This document shows, one piece after another, positions 20,583-29,995 of a stretch of DNA of 64,000 bases. Origin of the DNA: an uncultured Candidatus Saccharibacteria bacterium. GTDB taxonomy: Bacteria > Patescibacteriota > Dojkabacteria > SC72. The first letter of the stretch is position 1; every line of letters starts with the position of its first letter. The notes beneath the pieces were generated by a model. It searched no databases and had not been told where the DNA came from. It saw nothing but the letters and a program-made list of their open reading frames with translations. The position numbers and the translations under genes are program-made. Location of the stretch: assembly GCA_964621195.1 (NCBI GenBank), contig CAZULJ010000003.1:24412-88411 (forward strand). The letters run 5' to 3'.

Positions 20583-21521
20583 ATGATTACAGTAATAGTA
20601 ACCTCCTGGAAAGAACCTAAGACTATAGGAAAGTGTATAAAGTGTATTGCAGATAGTAGCTATTCTGGAATTACTGGTACTTTTGAAATATTACAAATCT
20701 CTCCAGACAAAGAGACTCTAGATGCAGGATTAAAAGCTGCAAATGAGCTAGGATTAAAGGGAAATCAGTATATACAGATTCAGGATCCACAAAAAGGAAA
20801 ACCATACGCTCTTAAACTCGCTATTGAGCAAGCACATGGAGATATCCTCATATTTACAGATGGAGATACATACTTCGAAAAAGACTCCGTAAAATATCTG
20901 TTGGAGCCATTCGAGGATACGAGTATAGGAGGTGTAAGTGGTCGACCAGTGTCTGGAGACTCCAAAACAAATATGATGGGATACTGGGGACATTTACTCT
21001 CTGATGCTGCACATCACAAAAGAATAAATACAATGTCAGAAAAGGTTGGAAATTATTACACTAGTAAGAAGCAATTCTTTCCTATGAGTGGGTATATAAT
21101 GGCAACAAGAAGATTCTCATTCCCTATCCCTCATAACGTACTTTCAGATGATGCATATATCTCATATTCAATAAGGAATGAGGGATTACAAATAGCATAT
21201 TCTCCACTCGCAAAGTGCTATGTTAAATATCCTACCAACCTAAAAGACTATTACAAACAGAAAGTAAGATCCCTTGGAGGATTTATACAACTGGAGAGAA
21301 TGGGTGTTTTTAAGAGAGATAGACAGAGTAGAAGTATACTAATTGAGATGAGATATATCTTTTTTGTACTGAGATATGCATCCGATCTAAGAGAATTGAT
21401 TTGGTCACTTTACCTATTTCCTGTAAGACTTCTTACTTGGGTAAAAATTTTCTGGGAGAGGACAATACTAGAGAAAGATATGCCCCAAAATGGTTGGGAG
21501 AGAATAGAGAGTACTAAATAA
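20583..21521 (+). CDS. family-2 glycosyltransferase
   Basis: 312 aa: ILIFTDGDTYFEKDS (DxD), GT-A fold pattern, C-terminal membrane-associated region. Confidence 0.75.
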   Translation: MITVIVTSWKEPKTIGKCIKCIADSSYSGITGTFEILQISPDKETLDAGLKAANELGLKGNQYIQIQDPQKGKPYALKLAIEQAHGDILIFTDGDTYFEKDSVKYLLEPFEDTSIGGVSGRPVSGDSKTNMMGYWGHLLSDAAHHKRINTMSEKVGNYYTSKKQFFPMSGYIMATRRFSFPIPHNVLSDDAYISYSIRNEGLQIAYSPLAKCYVKYPTNLKDYYKQKVRSLGGFIQLERMGVFKRDRQSRSILIEMRYIFFVLRYASDLRELIWSLYLFPVRLLTWVKIFWERTILEKDMPQNGWERIESTK

Positions 21522-21548
21522 AAAAGGAAGGGTTTCCCCTTCCCTTTC
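21521..21548. terminator. bidirectional terminator between the GT2 gene (+) and rpsG (-)
   Basis: AAAAAGGAAGGGtttCCCCTTCC followed by CTTTC. On the minus strand the stem is followed by a T6 run. Confidence 0.6.
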
Positions 21549-21568
21549 AAAAGCAATAATAGATGAAA

Positions 21569-22036
21569 TTACCATCTGAAATGTGCGAAAGCCTTGTTAG
21601 CCTCTGCCATTCTTTCAACATCACCCTTCTTCTTAACTGCATCTCCCTCACCATTAAAAGCACTTAAAATCTCTGCTTCAAGTAATTTCTCGAAAGACTT
21701 TCCTGTCTTAGATCTAGCATAGTCTACTAACCATCTTACTGCCAAAGTCTCCTGCCTTCTTGGACTTACTGGGACTGGAACTTGATAATTAGCACCACCT
21801 ACTCTTCTTGATTTGATTTCTAGTGCAGGTCTTACATTGTCAATTGCTGCATGTAAAAACTCAATTACTGGAGTTTTGCTCTTGTCTGCACCGGACTCAA
21901 TAGCGGAGTATACAAGATCTTCAGCTAAAGATTTCTTACCATCCTGCATTACTTTGTTAATAAGTCTACCAATGACCTCGTCATTGTATTTTCTATCTTT
22001 TGCTATTACTCTTTTCTTTGCTCTCTTGCCTCTCAT
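21569..22036 (-). CDS. rpsG: 30S ribosomal protein S7
   Basis: 155 aa: ...LINKVMQDGKKSLAEDLVYSA.... Confidence 0.95.
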   Translation of the reverse strand: MRGKRAKKRVIAKDRKYNDEVIGRLINKVMQDGKKSLAEDLVYSAIESGADKSKTPVIEFLHAAIDNVRPALEIKSRRVGGANYQVPVPVSPRRQETLAVRWLVDYARSKTGKSFEKLLEAEILSAFNGEGDAVKKKGDVERMAEANKAFAHFRW

Positions 22037-22057
22037 TAAATATATTTTTAAATATTA

Positions 22058-22474
22058 TTATTCGTTTTCAGGTCTCTTAACACCGTACTTTGATCTAGCC
22101 TTCTGCCTTCCTTTTACACCTGCAGTATCATACTTACCTCTAACTACAATATATTTTACACCTGGGAGGTCTCTCTTTCTTCCCGCCTTAACAAGAACAA
22201 CCGAGTGCTCCTGAAGGTTATGACCCTCTCCTGGGATATATGCAGTAACCTCCATACCGTTTGATAACCTTACTCTTGTCACTTTGCGTAATGCTGAGTT
22301 TGGCTTCTTAGGAGTCATAGTTTTAACTTGCAAACATACACCTCTTTTAAAAGGATTGTTTGCTTTCTTATATCTATTCTTAAGAGGATTGAAGTTTGTA
22401 GCCAAAGCTATATGCTTTGTTTTACTTCTCTTCGATTCTCTTGGTTTTCTTACTAACTGGTTAATCGTTGGCAT
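22058..22474 (-). CDS. rpsL: 30S ribosomal protein S12 (with a roughly 13-aa N-proximal insertion)
   Basis: [12 protein letters not shown]...KRGVC...[12 protein letters not shown]...[13 protein letters not shown]...RSKYGVKRP. There is extra sequence between the VRKPR and KRGVC blocks compared with typical S12. On the minus strand a TATAAT lies 7 nt upstream of the ATG. Confidence 0.95.
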   Translation of the reverse strand: MPTINQLVRKPRESKRSKTKHIALATNFNPLKNRYKKANNPFKRGVCLQVKTMTPKKPNSALRKVTRVRLSNGMEVTAYIPGEGHNLQEHSVVLVKAGRKRDLPGVKYIVVRGKYDTAGVKGRQKARSKYGVKRPENE

Positions 22475-22499
22475 GGTTCGTATTATACAACAAAATCAA

Positions 22500-25400
22500 C
22501 TAAAATTTAATCTCTTCTAGATTTTTTATATCTTCTACCTTAGCATCTTCTCCAGAAGGGATTCTCCTACCGATAATTACATTCTCTTTCATACCTCTTA
22601 GATAATCGGTCTTACCTAGGATTGCACTATTTGTTAATACTCTTACCTGCTCTTGGAATGACATAGCAGAAAGGAAACTCTCAGTATGTAGTGCTGAAGC
22701 TTTAATACCTAAAAGCTTAGGAACAACAAGTGCTTTTCTCTTCCCTTCTGAAAGCAGTATTTCATTCTTAGTTAAAGATATAAATCTGTTAACAAGAGAA
22801 CCAACAAGATATTCACTGTCACCAGTTTCCAAGACTTTTCCAAGTCTAGCCATTTGTCTAATGATGACTTCTACATGAATATCTCCAATTGGAACACCCT
22901 GTTCGTTAAACACTTTCTGGACCTGATCAAGAATATATTTCTGAGCTCTAAGGATACCTGCTACGTCTGCAAGCTTCTTTGGATCTACAGAACCTTCTGT
23001 TATTTGGTCTCCTGCTTTAATCTCATCTCCGTCGTTTATTAATATGTTTACGTTTGGTAATACAGTTATGATCTCCTCTGCTTTAATATCTCCGGAGAGT
23101 GTTAATATTCCACCCTCGATCTTTACTGTTCCCTCGTAAGGAGCCTGCTTCTCAATCTCTTCCGAATCGATGAAAATTGCCTGGCCACCTTTGACCTCTG
23201 CACCATCTGATACTAAAACTTTCTTTGCGTCAGAGATAACGTAATCTCTTACAATATTTTTCTTTCCTACAATAGTAATAGTTGCGGATTCATCTTCAGC
23301 TCTATCAATATGTACCTTTCCATTTATAGAAGCAATCTCTGCTTCAGCCTTAGGAGATCTAGCTTCGAATAATTCTTCGATTCTAGGTAATCCTTGAGTA
23401 ATGTCAGTTGCCTGTACACCACCCTTATGGAAAGTCTGCATAGTCATTTGGGTTCCTGGCTCACCGATAGATTGTGCTGCGATCACACCAACAGCTTTAC
23501 CCATATCTATTTCTTTGCCATTCTCAAGATTGAGACCGTAACATCTCTTACAAATACCCATAGGAGCTTTACAAAGAATTGGTGTTCTTACTGCTACCTC
23601 ATCGATACCCCCTGAATCAATCTTTTCAGATATTTCTCTTGTAATATATTCTCCTTTTTTGACAATCACTTCACCCTTAGAATCTACTACATCTTTTGCA
23701 GCAACTCTTCCAAAGATTCTCTTGTCATATTCTAATCTTCTGTCATCACTTCTTTTAACCAAAAGTCCTTCTCCATCATAACCACAATCCTCAAATCTTA
23801 CGATTACGTCATGAGCTACATCTACAAGTTTTCTTGTTAGATATCCTGAAGAAGAAGTTCTTAATGATCTGTCTGCAATACCTTTTCTACCACCATTTGC
23901 AGCAACAAAGTACTCAAATGCACTTAAACCATCGCGGTAGTTACCTTTGATAGGTAGTGGTACCCAGTTTCCTCTAGAGTCTCTAACAACCCCCTTTATT
24001 GTGAGTACTTGTCTTGCCTGAATCTTTCCACCATTAGCTTTGGATTCTACCATTTCATATACAGAGTTGTTCTTGTCTAATGTCTTCCATGCTTCATCTG
24101 CAATTTCATTTGCGAAATCATTCCACATCTCTGTTGAAAGATTTATCTTCTCTTTTTCAGTGATTAGACCTTGTAAGTAGTTCTCCTGTAATTGAAGATC
24201 TTTCTCTTCCATACCTTTGATTCCTGTCTCTACATCGAAATCTATATGACAATCTTCAATTGCGAATGAAAAACCGAGATCTGTAGCATAGTTGAAACCC
24301 ATTAACTTTAGGTTATCCAAAAGTTCTACTACAACCTCTAGTGGATATTTATCTTTAATATCTTCTACGATATCAGAGATGGTACTTCCACTTACCCTCT
24401 CATTTACAAATCGATATCCTTGTGGAAGAGCTCTATTAAAGATACATCTTCCTGCAGAAGTCTTTACAACCTCTCCATTTATACTTACAAGTATCATTTC
24501 ATCAATGAGAATTAAATCTCTCTCATATGCTTTTACTGCAAGATCTGCAGATGCAAACATTCTTGGATTCTCTACTTCATTCATATCAGTCATTAGATAG
24601 AATCCGATTAACATATCCTTTGCAGGAGTTGCTAATACTTGTCCGTTTGAGATATTTACAATATTCTTTGAAGCCATAATATCTTTCTTTGCCTCTTCTA
24701 ATGCTTCTTTTGTAAGAAGTAGGTGCACAGACATCTGGTCTCCATCGAAGTCTGCATTGAATGCCTTACATACAAGAGGATGCAATCTAATAGCCTCACC
24801 CTCTACAAGTCTTGGATAGAATCCTTGGATACTGTACTTGTGCAATGTTGGTGCACGGTTTAGAAGAACAGGCTTACCATATATAACTTTCTCTAAGAGA
24901 TCCCATATAACTTCTTCCTCTTCCTCTATCATATCTTTTGCAATTCTTACATTTGGAGCGATTTCGTTCTCTAGTAACTGGTTGATTACAAAAGGCTTAA
25001 ACATTTCCAATGCGATAGATTTTGGTAAACCACACTGATCAAGTTTTAGACTTGGGTCACCTACAATAACTGCACGACCAGAGTAGTCAACACGCTTACC
25101 TAATAGGTTCTTTCTGAATATACCTTTCTTACCTCTTAGGTCATCTGTTAAAGACTGATAAGGTAATCTCTTGTTGTTCATCATTGGCTTTGAAGGTCTG
25201 TGAGAGTTATCAATAACTGCATCTACAGACTCCTGAAGCATTCTCTTCTCATTTCTTAGGATGACATCCGGTGCTCCAATTTCTATTAATCTTGCTAAAC
25301 GGTTATTTCTATTAATAATTCTTCTATACAAATCGTTTAGATCAGATGTTGCAAACTTACCTCCCGATAGAGGGATTATTGGTCTCAAATCTGGAGGAAG

Positions 25401-26381
25401 AACTGGAAGAATATCAATTACCATCCAGCTAGGATCAATTCCGTTCTTTTTGAATCCTTCTAGATACTGTATTCTTCTTATTGTTGCAGCCTTCTTATCA
25501 CCCTTCTCTTTCTTTGCCTGTCTTCTTAATGTCTTTAATTCTTTCTCAATATCTAAATTCTCTAGAAGTTTCTTAACAGCTTCCGCACCCATCATTGCAT
25601 TGAAGAAAAGAAGATCTCTGTCTTGTAAGTCTATATATTCATCTTCTGTTAGGACAGATCCTATTTCAACCTTTTCTACAACTTGTTGTAATCTTGCATA
25701 GAAGGAATCTAACTCTTCTTGTCTCTCTGCGTATTCTCTCCTTGTCTTTGCTAATGTTTGCTTCTTCTTGTGATCAAGCTGGCTTACTTTAAAGTCAGAT
25801 GATTCTTTCTGCTTCTTTAGATCCTTAAGATCTTTATCAAACATATCACTTGTTATCTTTAACTCCTCATCCAATTCTGCTTGTAGACTATCAATATCCG
25901 CTTTCCTTAACTCTTCTACCTTAGAAAGGATATCTTTTCTCTTCTCAGCATCTAACTCTACAACCATATATCTTGTGTAATATATGACGGAAAGAAGCTT
26001 CTTGTGAGACATATTGAGAACAATAGACATTTTGTTTGGAATTCCATATGCAAACCATACGTGTGCAACAGGTACTGCCAACTTAATATGCCCCATTCTT
26101 TCTCTTCTTACATCCTTTGTTGTGACTTCTACACCACACTTATCACAAACAATACCCTTATACCTTATCTTCTTGTACTTACCACAGTAACATTCGTAGT
26201 TTTTAGTTGGACCAAAGATCTTCTCACAGAAAAGACCATCTGGCTCCGCCCTAAATGTTCTATAGTTAATGGTTTCAGCTTTTGTGACTTCACCATATGA
26301 CCAATCTAAGACTTGCTCAGGAGAAGCCAATGTCAATTTTAGAGCATCAAAATTTTCAAAAATATTTTTCTTGTTATTCAT
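22500..26381 (-). CDS. rpoC: DNA-directed RNA polymerase subunit beta'
   Basis: 1293 aa with zinc-binding CxxC motifs and NADFDGDQM. Confidence 0.97.
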   Translation of the reverse strand: MNNKKNIFENFDALKLTLASPEQVLDWSYGEVTKAETINYRTFRAEPDGLFCEKIFGPTKNYECYCGKYKKIRYKGIVCDKCGVEVTTKDVRRERMGHIKLAVPVAHVWFAYGIPNKMSIVLNMSHKKLLSVIYYTRYMVVELDAEKRKDILSKVEELRKADIDSLQAELDEELKITSDMFDKDLKDLKKQKESSDFKVSQLDHKKKQTLAKTRREYAERQEELDSFYARLQQVVEKVEIGSVLTEDEYIDLQDRDLLFFNAMMGAEAVKKLLENLDIEKELKTLRRQAKKEKGDKKAATIRRIQYLEGFKKNGIDPSWMVIDILPVLPPDLRPIIPLSGGKFATSDLNDLYRRIINRNNRLARLIEIGAPDVILRNEKRMLQESVDAVIDNSHRPSKPMMNNKRLPYQSLTDDLRGKKGIFRKNLLGKRVDYSGRAVIVGDPSLKLDQCGLPKSIALEMFKPFVINQLLENEIAPNVRIAKDMIEEEEEVIWDLLEKVIYGKPVLLNRAPTLHKYSIQGFYPRLVEGEAIRLHPLVCKAFNADFDGDQMSVHLLLTKEALEEAKKDIMASKNIVNISNGQVLATPAKDMLIGFYLMTDMNEVENPRMFASADLAVKAYERDLILIDEMILVSINGEVVKTSAGRCIFNRALPQGYRFVNERVSGSTISDIVEDIKDKYPLEVVVELLDNLKLMGFNYATDLGFSFAIEDCHIDFDVETGIKGMEEKDLQLQENYLQGLITEKEKINLSTEMWNDFANEIADEAWKTLDKNNSVYEMVESKANGGKIQARQVLTIKGVVRDSRGNWVPLPIKGNYRDGLSAFEYFVAANGGRKGIADRSLRTSSSGYLTRKLVDVAHDVIVRFEDCGYDGEGLLVKRSDDRRLEYDKRIFGRVAAKDVVDSKGEVIVKKGEYITREISEKIDSGGIDEVAVRTPILCKAPMGICKRCYGLNLENGKEIDMGKAVGVIAAQSIGEPGTQMTMQTFHKGGVQATDITQGLPRIEELFEARSPKAEAEIASINGKVHIDRAEDESATITIVGKKNIVRDYVISDAKKVLVSDGAEVKGGQAIFIDSEEIEKQAPYEGTVKIEGGILTLSGDIKAEEIITVLPNVNILINDGDEIKAGDQITEGSVDPKKLADVAGILRAQKYILDQVQKVFNEQGVPIGDIHVEVIIRQMARLGKVLETGDSEYLVGSLVNRFISLTKNEILLSEGKRKALVVPKLLGIKASALHTESFLSAMSFQEQVRVLTNSAILGKTDYLRGMKENVIIGRRIPSGEDAKVEDIKNLEEIKF

Positions 26382-29300
26382 TATTCTACGACCTCCTCTG
26401 AGTTCTTAGAAATTAATTCCATATTTAGACATAGTGCATTTAATTCCTTTATCAATACCTTAAATGATTCCGGAACATTTACACTCTCGATCTTTTCCCC
26501 ATGAATGATTGCCTTGTAAGCACTAGATCTACCCTTTACATCATCAGACTTGATAGTTAGCATCTCTTGTAGAGCATATGGAGAGCCGTGAGCCTCAAGC
26601 GCCCAGACTTCCATTTCTCCAAATCTCTGACCACCTCTTTGAGCTTTACCACCCAAAGGTTGCTGTGTAACAGCGGTGTATGGTCCAGTAGATCTTGCGT
26701 GTACCTTTTCATCTGCAATGTGATGAAGCTTAAGAACATACTTAATACCAACTGTAACCTTACGTGGGAACTTCTTACCAGTTCTTCCATCGTAAAGATC
26801 AACTTTCTGCTCCATCTTGAAACCTTTCTTTTCCATCTCCCTTTGTAACCATTCAATATTTATTCCTTCAAAGAGAGGGAATGAGAATTTCTCATTTAAT
26901 AGTTTTGCATACAATCCGAAGTGAACCTCTTCTGCCTGACCCATGTTCATACGTTTTAGGAATGTTGGGGTAAGAACTATATCTACTGGTTCCCCATCAG
27001 CAGTAAAAGGCATATCTTCGATAGGTCTAATAGCTGCAACGGTATTTTTGTCTCCGTGTCTTCCAGATATTTTATCTCCATATCCGAGTTTCTTTGTGTC
27101 TGCAACCCAAACTTTAACCTCTTCTAATACTCCAGGAGGTAATTTGTCTCCCTTGTCTGTAGAAAGTCTTTGAGTATGGATAACTATACCCTCCTCACCG
27201 TGTGGCAATCTTAGAGAGTTATCTCTAACATCACTAGCAGATTCTCCAAAGATTGCTCTTAGAAGTCTCTCTTCAGCAGTTAATTCTTTCTCTCCACGAG
27301 GAGCAATTACACCGACAAGAATATCTCCAGCCTTTACTTTCATTCCTTCACGGATGATTCCAAGCATATCTAATTTTTGTAAAATCCTATCATTAACATG
27401 TGGAATATCGGCAGTTATAACCTCAGGGCCAAGCTCAGTATCTCTTACCTCAACCTTGTGCTCTCTGATATGAACAGAGGTTAAAAGGTCGTCTCTTACA
27501 ACTCTCTCGGAAATAACTACAGCATCCTCATAGTTGTATCCCTCATAGAACATTAATGCGGCTCTTAAGTTTGTACCAATTGCTAACTCACCATTGATAG
27601 AGGTAGGACCATCTACCAATACATCTCCCTTCACAAATTTCTGACCTAACTCTACAGCAGGTTTTTGTGTGAATGATGTATTATCATTTGATCTATAGAA
27701 GCTTACCAATTTGTAATCTTTAATTCCTGCTTTTTTGTATTTAACAGAAACTCTACCTGCATCAACAAATACAACTTCACCATCATCTTCAGCAAAGACA
27801 CTCCAGTTTGATTGTCTTGCAACAATTTCCTCTACACCAGTTCCAACTAAAGGAGCCTCTTGCTTTACCAAAGGAACACCCTGTCTCTGCATATTTGCAC
27901 CTGCGAGGGCTCTCATTGCGTCATCATGAGAAACAAAAGGAATTAAAGCCATACCTAAACCAGCTTGCTGATATGTCAACACATCTACATGTGTTACAAG
28001 ATTTACATCTTCTAAAACAAAATCTCCTACGTGCCTAACTGGTACCAAAGTTTCTGTAATATTGTTGTACTCATCTGTTTGGATAGAGGATATACTTATA
28101 TATTTATCTTCCTCCTCCAATGAGTCGTAGTAATCTATCTCCTCTGAAATAAATGGTACAACCTTTACCGTTTTAATATTTTCCTGAGCGACGATCTTCT
28201 CTGCAATCTCCTTTGTAACCATTGTTCCTTTCTTTGCAATACCTGGAATAGATTCGTCAAGGATTCTATTTAAAAGGTTGCCTTTTTTGTTTTCTAATTC
28301 TCTCAATACCTTTCTGTAAGGAGATTCCAAGAAACCGTAGTCATTTATTCTTGCTAATATTGCCAATTGAGTAACAACACCAATATTTGCACTCTCAGGA
28401 CTAGTAACAGGGTCAAACTTCGCATACTGTGAGTTATGTACCTCACGGATTGAGAAGGTCGCCCTCTCTTTAACAATACCTCCAGGACCAGCAGCAGTTA
28501 CCTTCCTCTTGTTTTCTAACTCAGCCAAAATATTTGTCTGATCCATAAAGGTTGATAACTGATTCGCGCCAAAGAAAGATTGAATTGAAGCAGCAATTGG
28601 CTTTGTACCGACCAACATTGAAGGTGTAACCTTCGCATCTTGTCCGTACAAACTCATCTTGTCTTTAATATTCTTTTCTAATCTCCTAATACCTGCAAGT
28701 AGCTGTCTTTCCAATACTTCACCAACACTTCTAATTCTTCTATTACATAAGTGATCAATATCGTCAGGAGCTTCAGTTCCGTTATTTATCTTGATTAGCT
28801 TCTTTACTATCCTAATTACATCATCAGGATACAAAACAGCCTCATCAGGATTGTTTACATCATATGAGGTTCCAAGTTTTCTGTTTAATTGATATCTACC
28901 AATCTTTCCTAAATCAAATTTTCTCTTACTAAAGAAGTTACTCTTGATATATTTTTCAGCACTTTCTAAAGTTACAGACTCATCAGGTCTAAGCTTGTTG
29001 TAGATACTAATAATTGCATCCTCTTTACTCTTAGTGAAATCTCTAGCGAGTGTTGCCTCTATATATCTGTATTCATCATTTATATCGACATCCTTGAACA
29101 ACTTCAAAATCTCTTCATCACTCTCATATCCCAATACTCTCAAGAATTCAGTAATTAAAACTCTTGGTCTCTTTGGTAATATTCTCATAGAGATAACATT
29201 GTATTTGTTAACCTCTATCTCATACCAAGGACCTCTACCAGGCATAAGTCTAGCTTTATATAGAGTTCTGTAAGGTAACACATCTGCCTCTTCAAAAAGA

Positions 29301-29728
29301 ACACCCTCTGCTCTAACAATTTGATGAGTCACAACCCTTCTAACACCATTAACAACAAAAGCCCCATCATCAGTCATCATGGGTAAGTCAGCAACAAAAA
29401 TCTCTTGCTCTTTTATTTCACCAGTCTTGTTGTTAAGAAGTTGTACAGTAGCATAAACGGGGAGTTCATATGAGAGACCTTTTGCAATAGCCTCCTCTAT
29501 TCCTCTATATGGCTCTCCATATCTAAATGATTTAAATTCAAGAGTCCACATTCGTTCCATAGTATCCTTAACAGGATTTATTTCCTCGAATAGTCTCTTG
29601 AACCCATTTTCATAAAAATCTTTAAAGGAGGTCTTTTGAGCTTCTATCAGACTAGGAATCTCAAATGTGGAAGAGAATCCTTTTCCTAGGTTAATTCTGG
29701 AAGCTCTATTGCGCTTGGGCTCTACCAT
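26381..29728 (-). CDS. rpoB: DNA-directed RNA polymerase subunit beta
   Basis: 1115 aa with typical RpoB blocks. ATGA start/stop overlap with rpoC. Confidence 0.97.
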   Translation of the reverse strand: MVEPKRNRASRINLGKGFSSTFEIPSLIEAQKTSFKDFYENGFKRLFEEINPVKDTMERMWTLEFKSFRYGEPYRGIEEAIAKGLSYELPVYATVQLLNNKTGEIKEQEIFVADLPMMTDDGAFVVNGVRRVVTHQIVRAEGVLFEEADVLPYRTLYKARLMPGRGPWYEIEVNKYNVISMRILPKRPRVLITEFLRVLGYESDEEILKLFKDVDINDEYRYIEATLARDFTKSKEDAIISIYNKLRPDESVTLESAEKYIKSNFFSKRKFDLGKIGRYQLNRKLGTSYDVNNPDEAVLYPDDVIRIVKKLIKINNGTEAPDDIDHLCNRRIRSVGEVLERQLLAGIRRLEKNIKDKMSLYGQDAKVTPSMLVGTKPIAASIQSFFGANQLSTFMDQTNILAELENKRKVTAAGPGGIVKERATFSIREVHNSQYAKFDPVTSPESANIGVVTQLAILARINDYGFLESPYRKVLRELENKKGNLLNRILDESIPGIAKKGTMVTKEIAEKIVAQENIKTVKVVPFISEEIDYYDSLEEEDKYISISSIQTDEYNNITETLVPVRHVGDFVLEDVNLVTHVDVLTYQQAGLGMALIPFVSHDDAMRALAGANMQRQGVPLVKQEAPLVGTGVEEIVARQSNWSVFAEDDGEVVFVDAGRVSVKYKKAGIKDYKLVSFYRSNDNTSFTQKPAVELGQKFVKGDVLVDGPTSINGELAIGTNLRAALMFYEGYNYEDAVVISERVVRDDLLTSVHIREHKVEVRDTELGPEVITADIPHVNDRILQKLDMLGIIREGMKVKAGDILVGVIAPRGEKELTAEERLLRAIFGESASDVRDNSLRLPHGEEGIVIHTQRLSTDKGDKLPPGVLEEVKVWVADTKKLGYGDKISGRHGDKNTVAAIRPIEDMPFTADGEPVDIVLTPTFLKRMNMGQAEEVHFGLYAKLLNEKFSFPLFEGINIEWLQREMEKKGFKMEQKVDLYDGRTGKKFPRKVTVGIKYVLKLHHIADEKVHARSTGPYTAVTQQPLGGKAQRGGQRFGEMEVWALEAHGSPYALQEMLTIKSDDVKGRSSAYKAIIHGEKIESVNVPESFKVLIKELNALCLNMELISKNSEEVVE

Positions 29729-29944
29729 AGGACAATTATTTATAGGTTATAAATTACATGCATGCACACAAAGGGGATACAGAAACCATACTAGAAATGG
29801 TTTATAAGAATTGAAAATAACCCCTTTAATTAAAGCAAAATTAGGTAACTCTGGGGAGTTTAGCATATTTATACAATATAGTCAAAGGTTTTTTAACGCT
29901 TTGCATTGTGTGTATACTAAGGATAATATATTATTGGATAAACT

Positions 29945-29973
29945 TTGTCAAAAAGGATATATTCCTCTATTAT
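29945..29973 (+). promoter_or_regulatory. putative sigma70-type promoter for ftsK
   Basis: TTGTCA, a 17-nt spacer, then TATTAT, ending 22 nt before the ATG at 29996. Confidence 0.3.
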
Positions 29974-29995
29974 ATATATATAACCCAAAGCAAAA

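Noticed and set aside
29785-29805. 7-bp inverted repeat AAACCAT-N7-ATGGTTT upstream of rpoB
   Set aside because: It is short. A repeat of that size is expected by chance in AT-rich DNA. I saw no second copy in the window.
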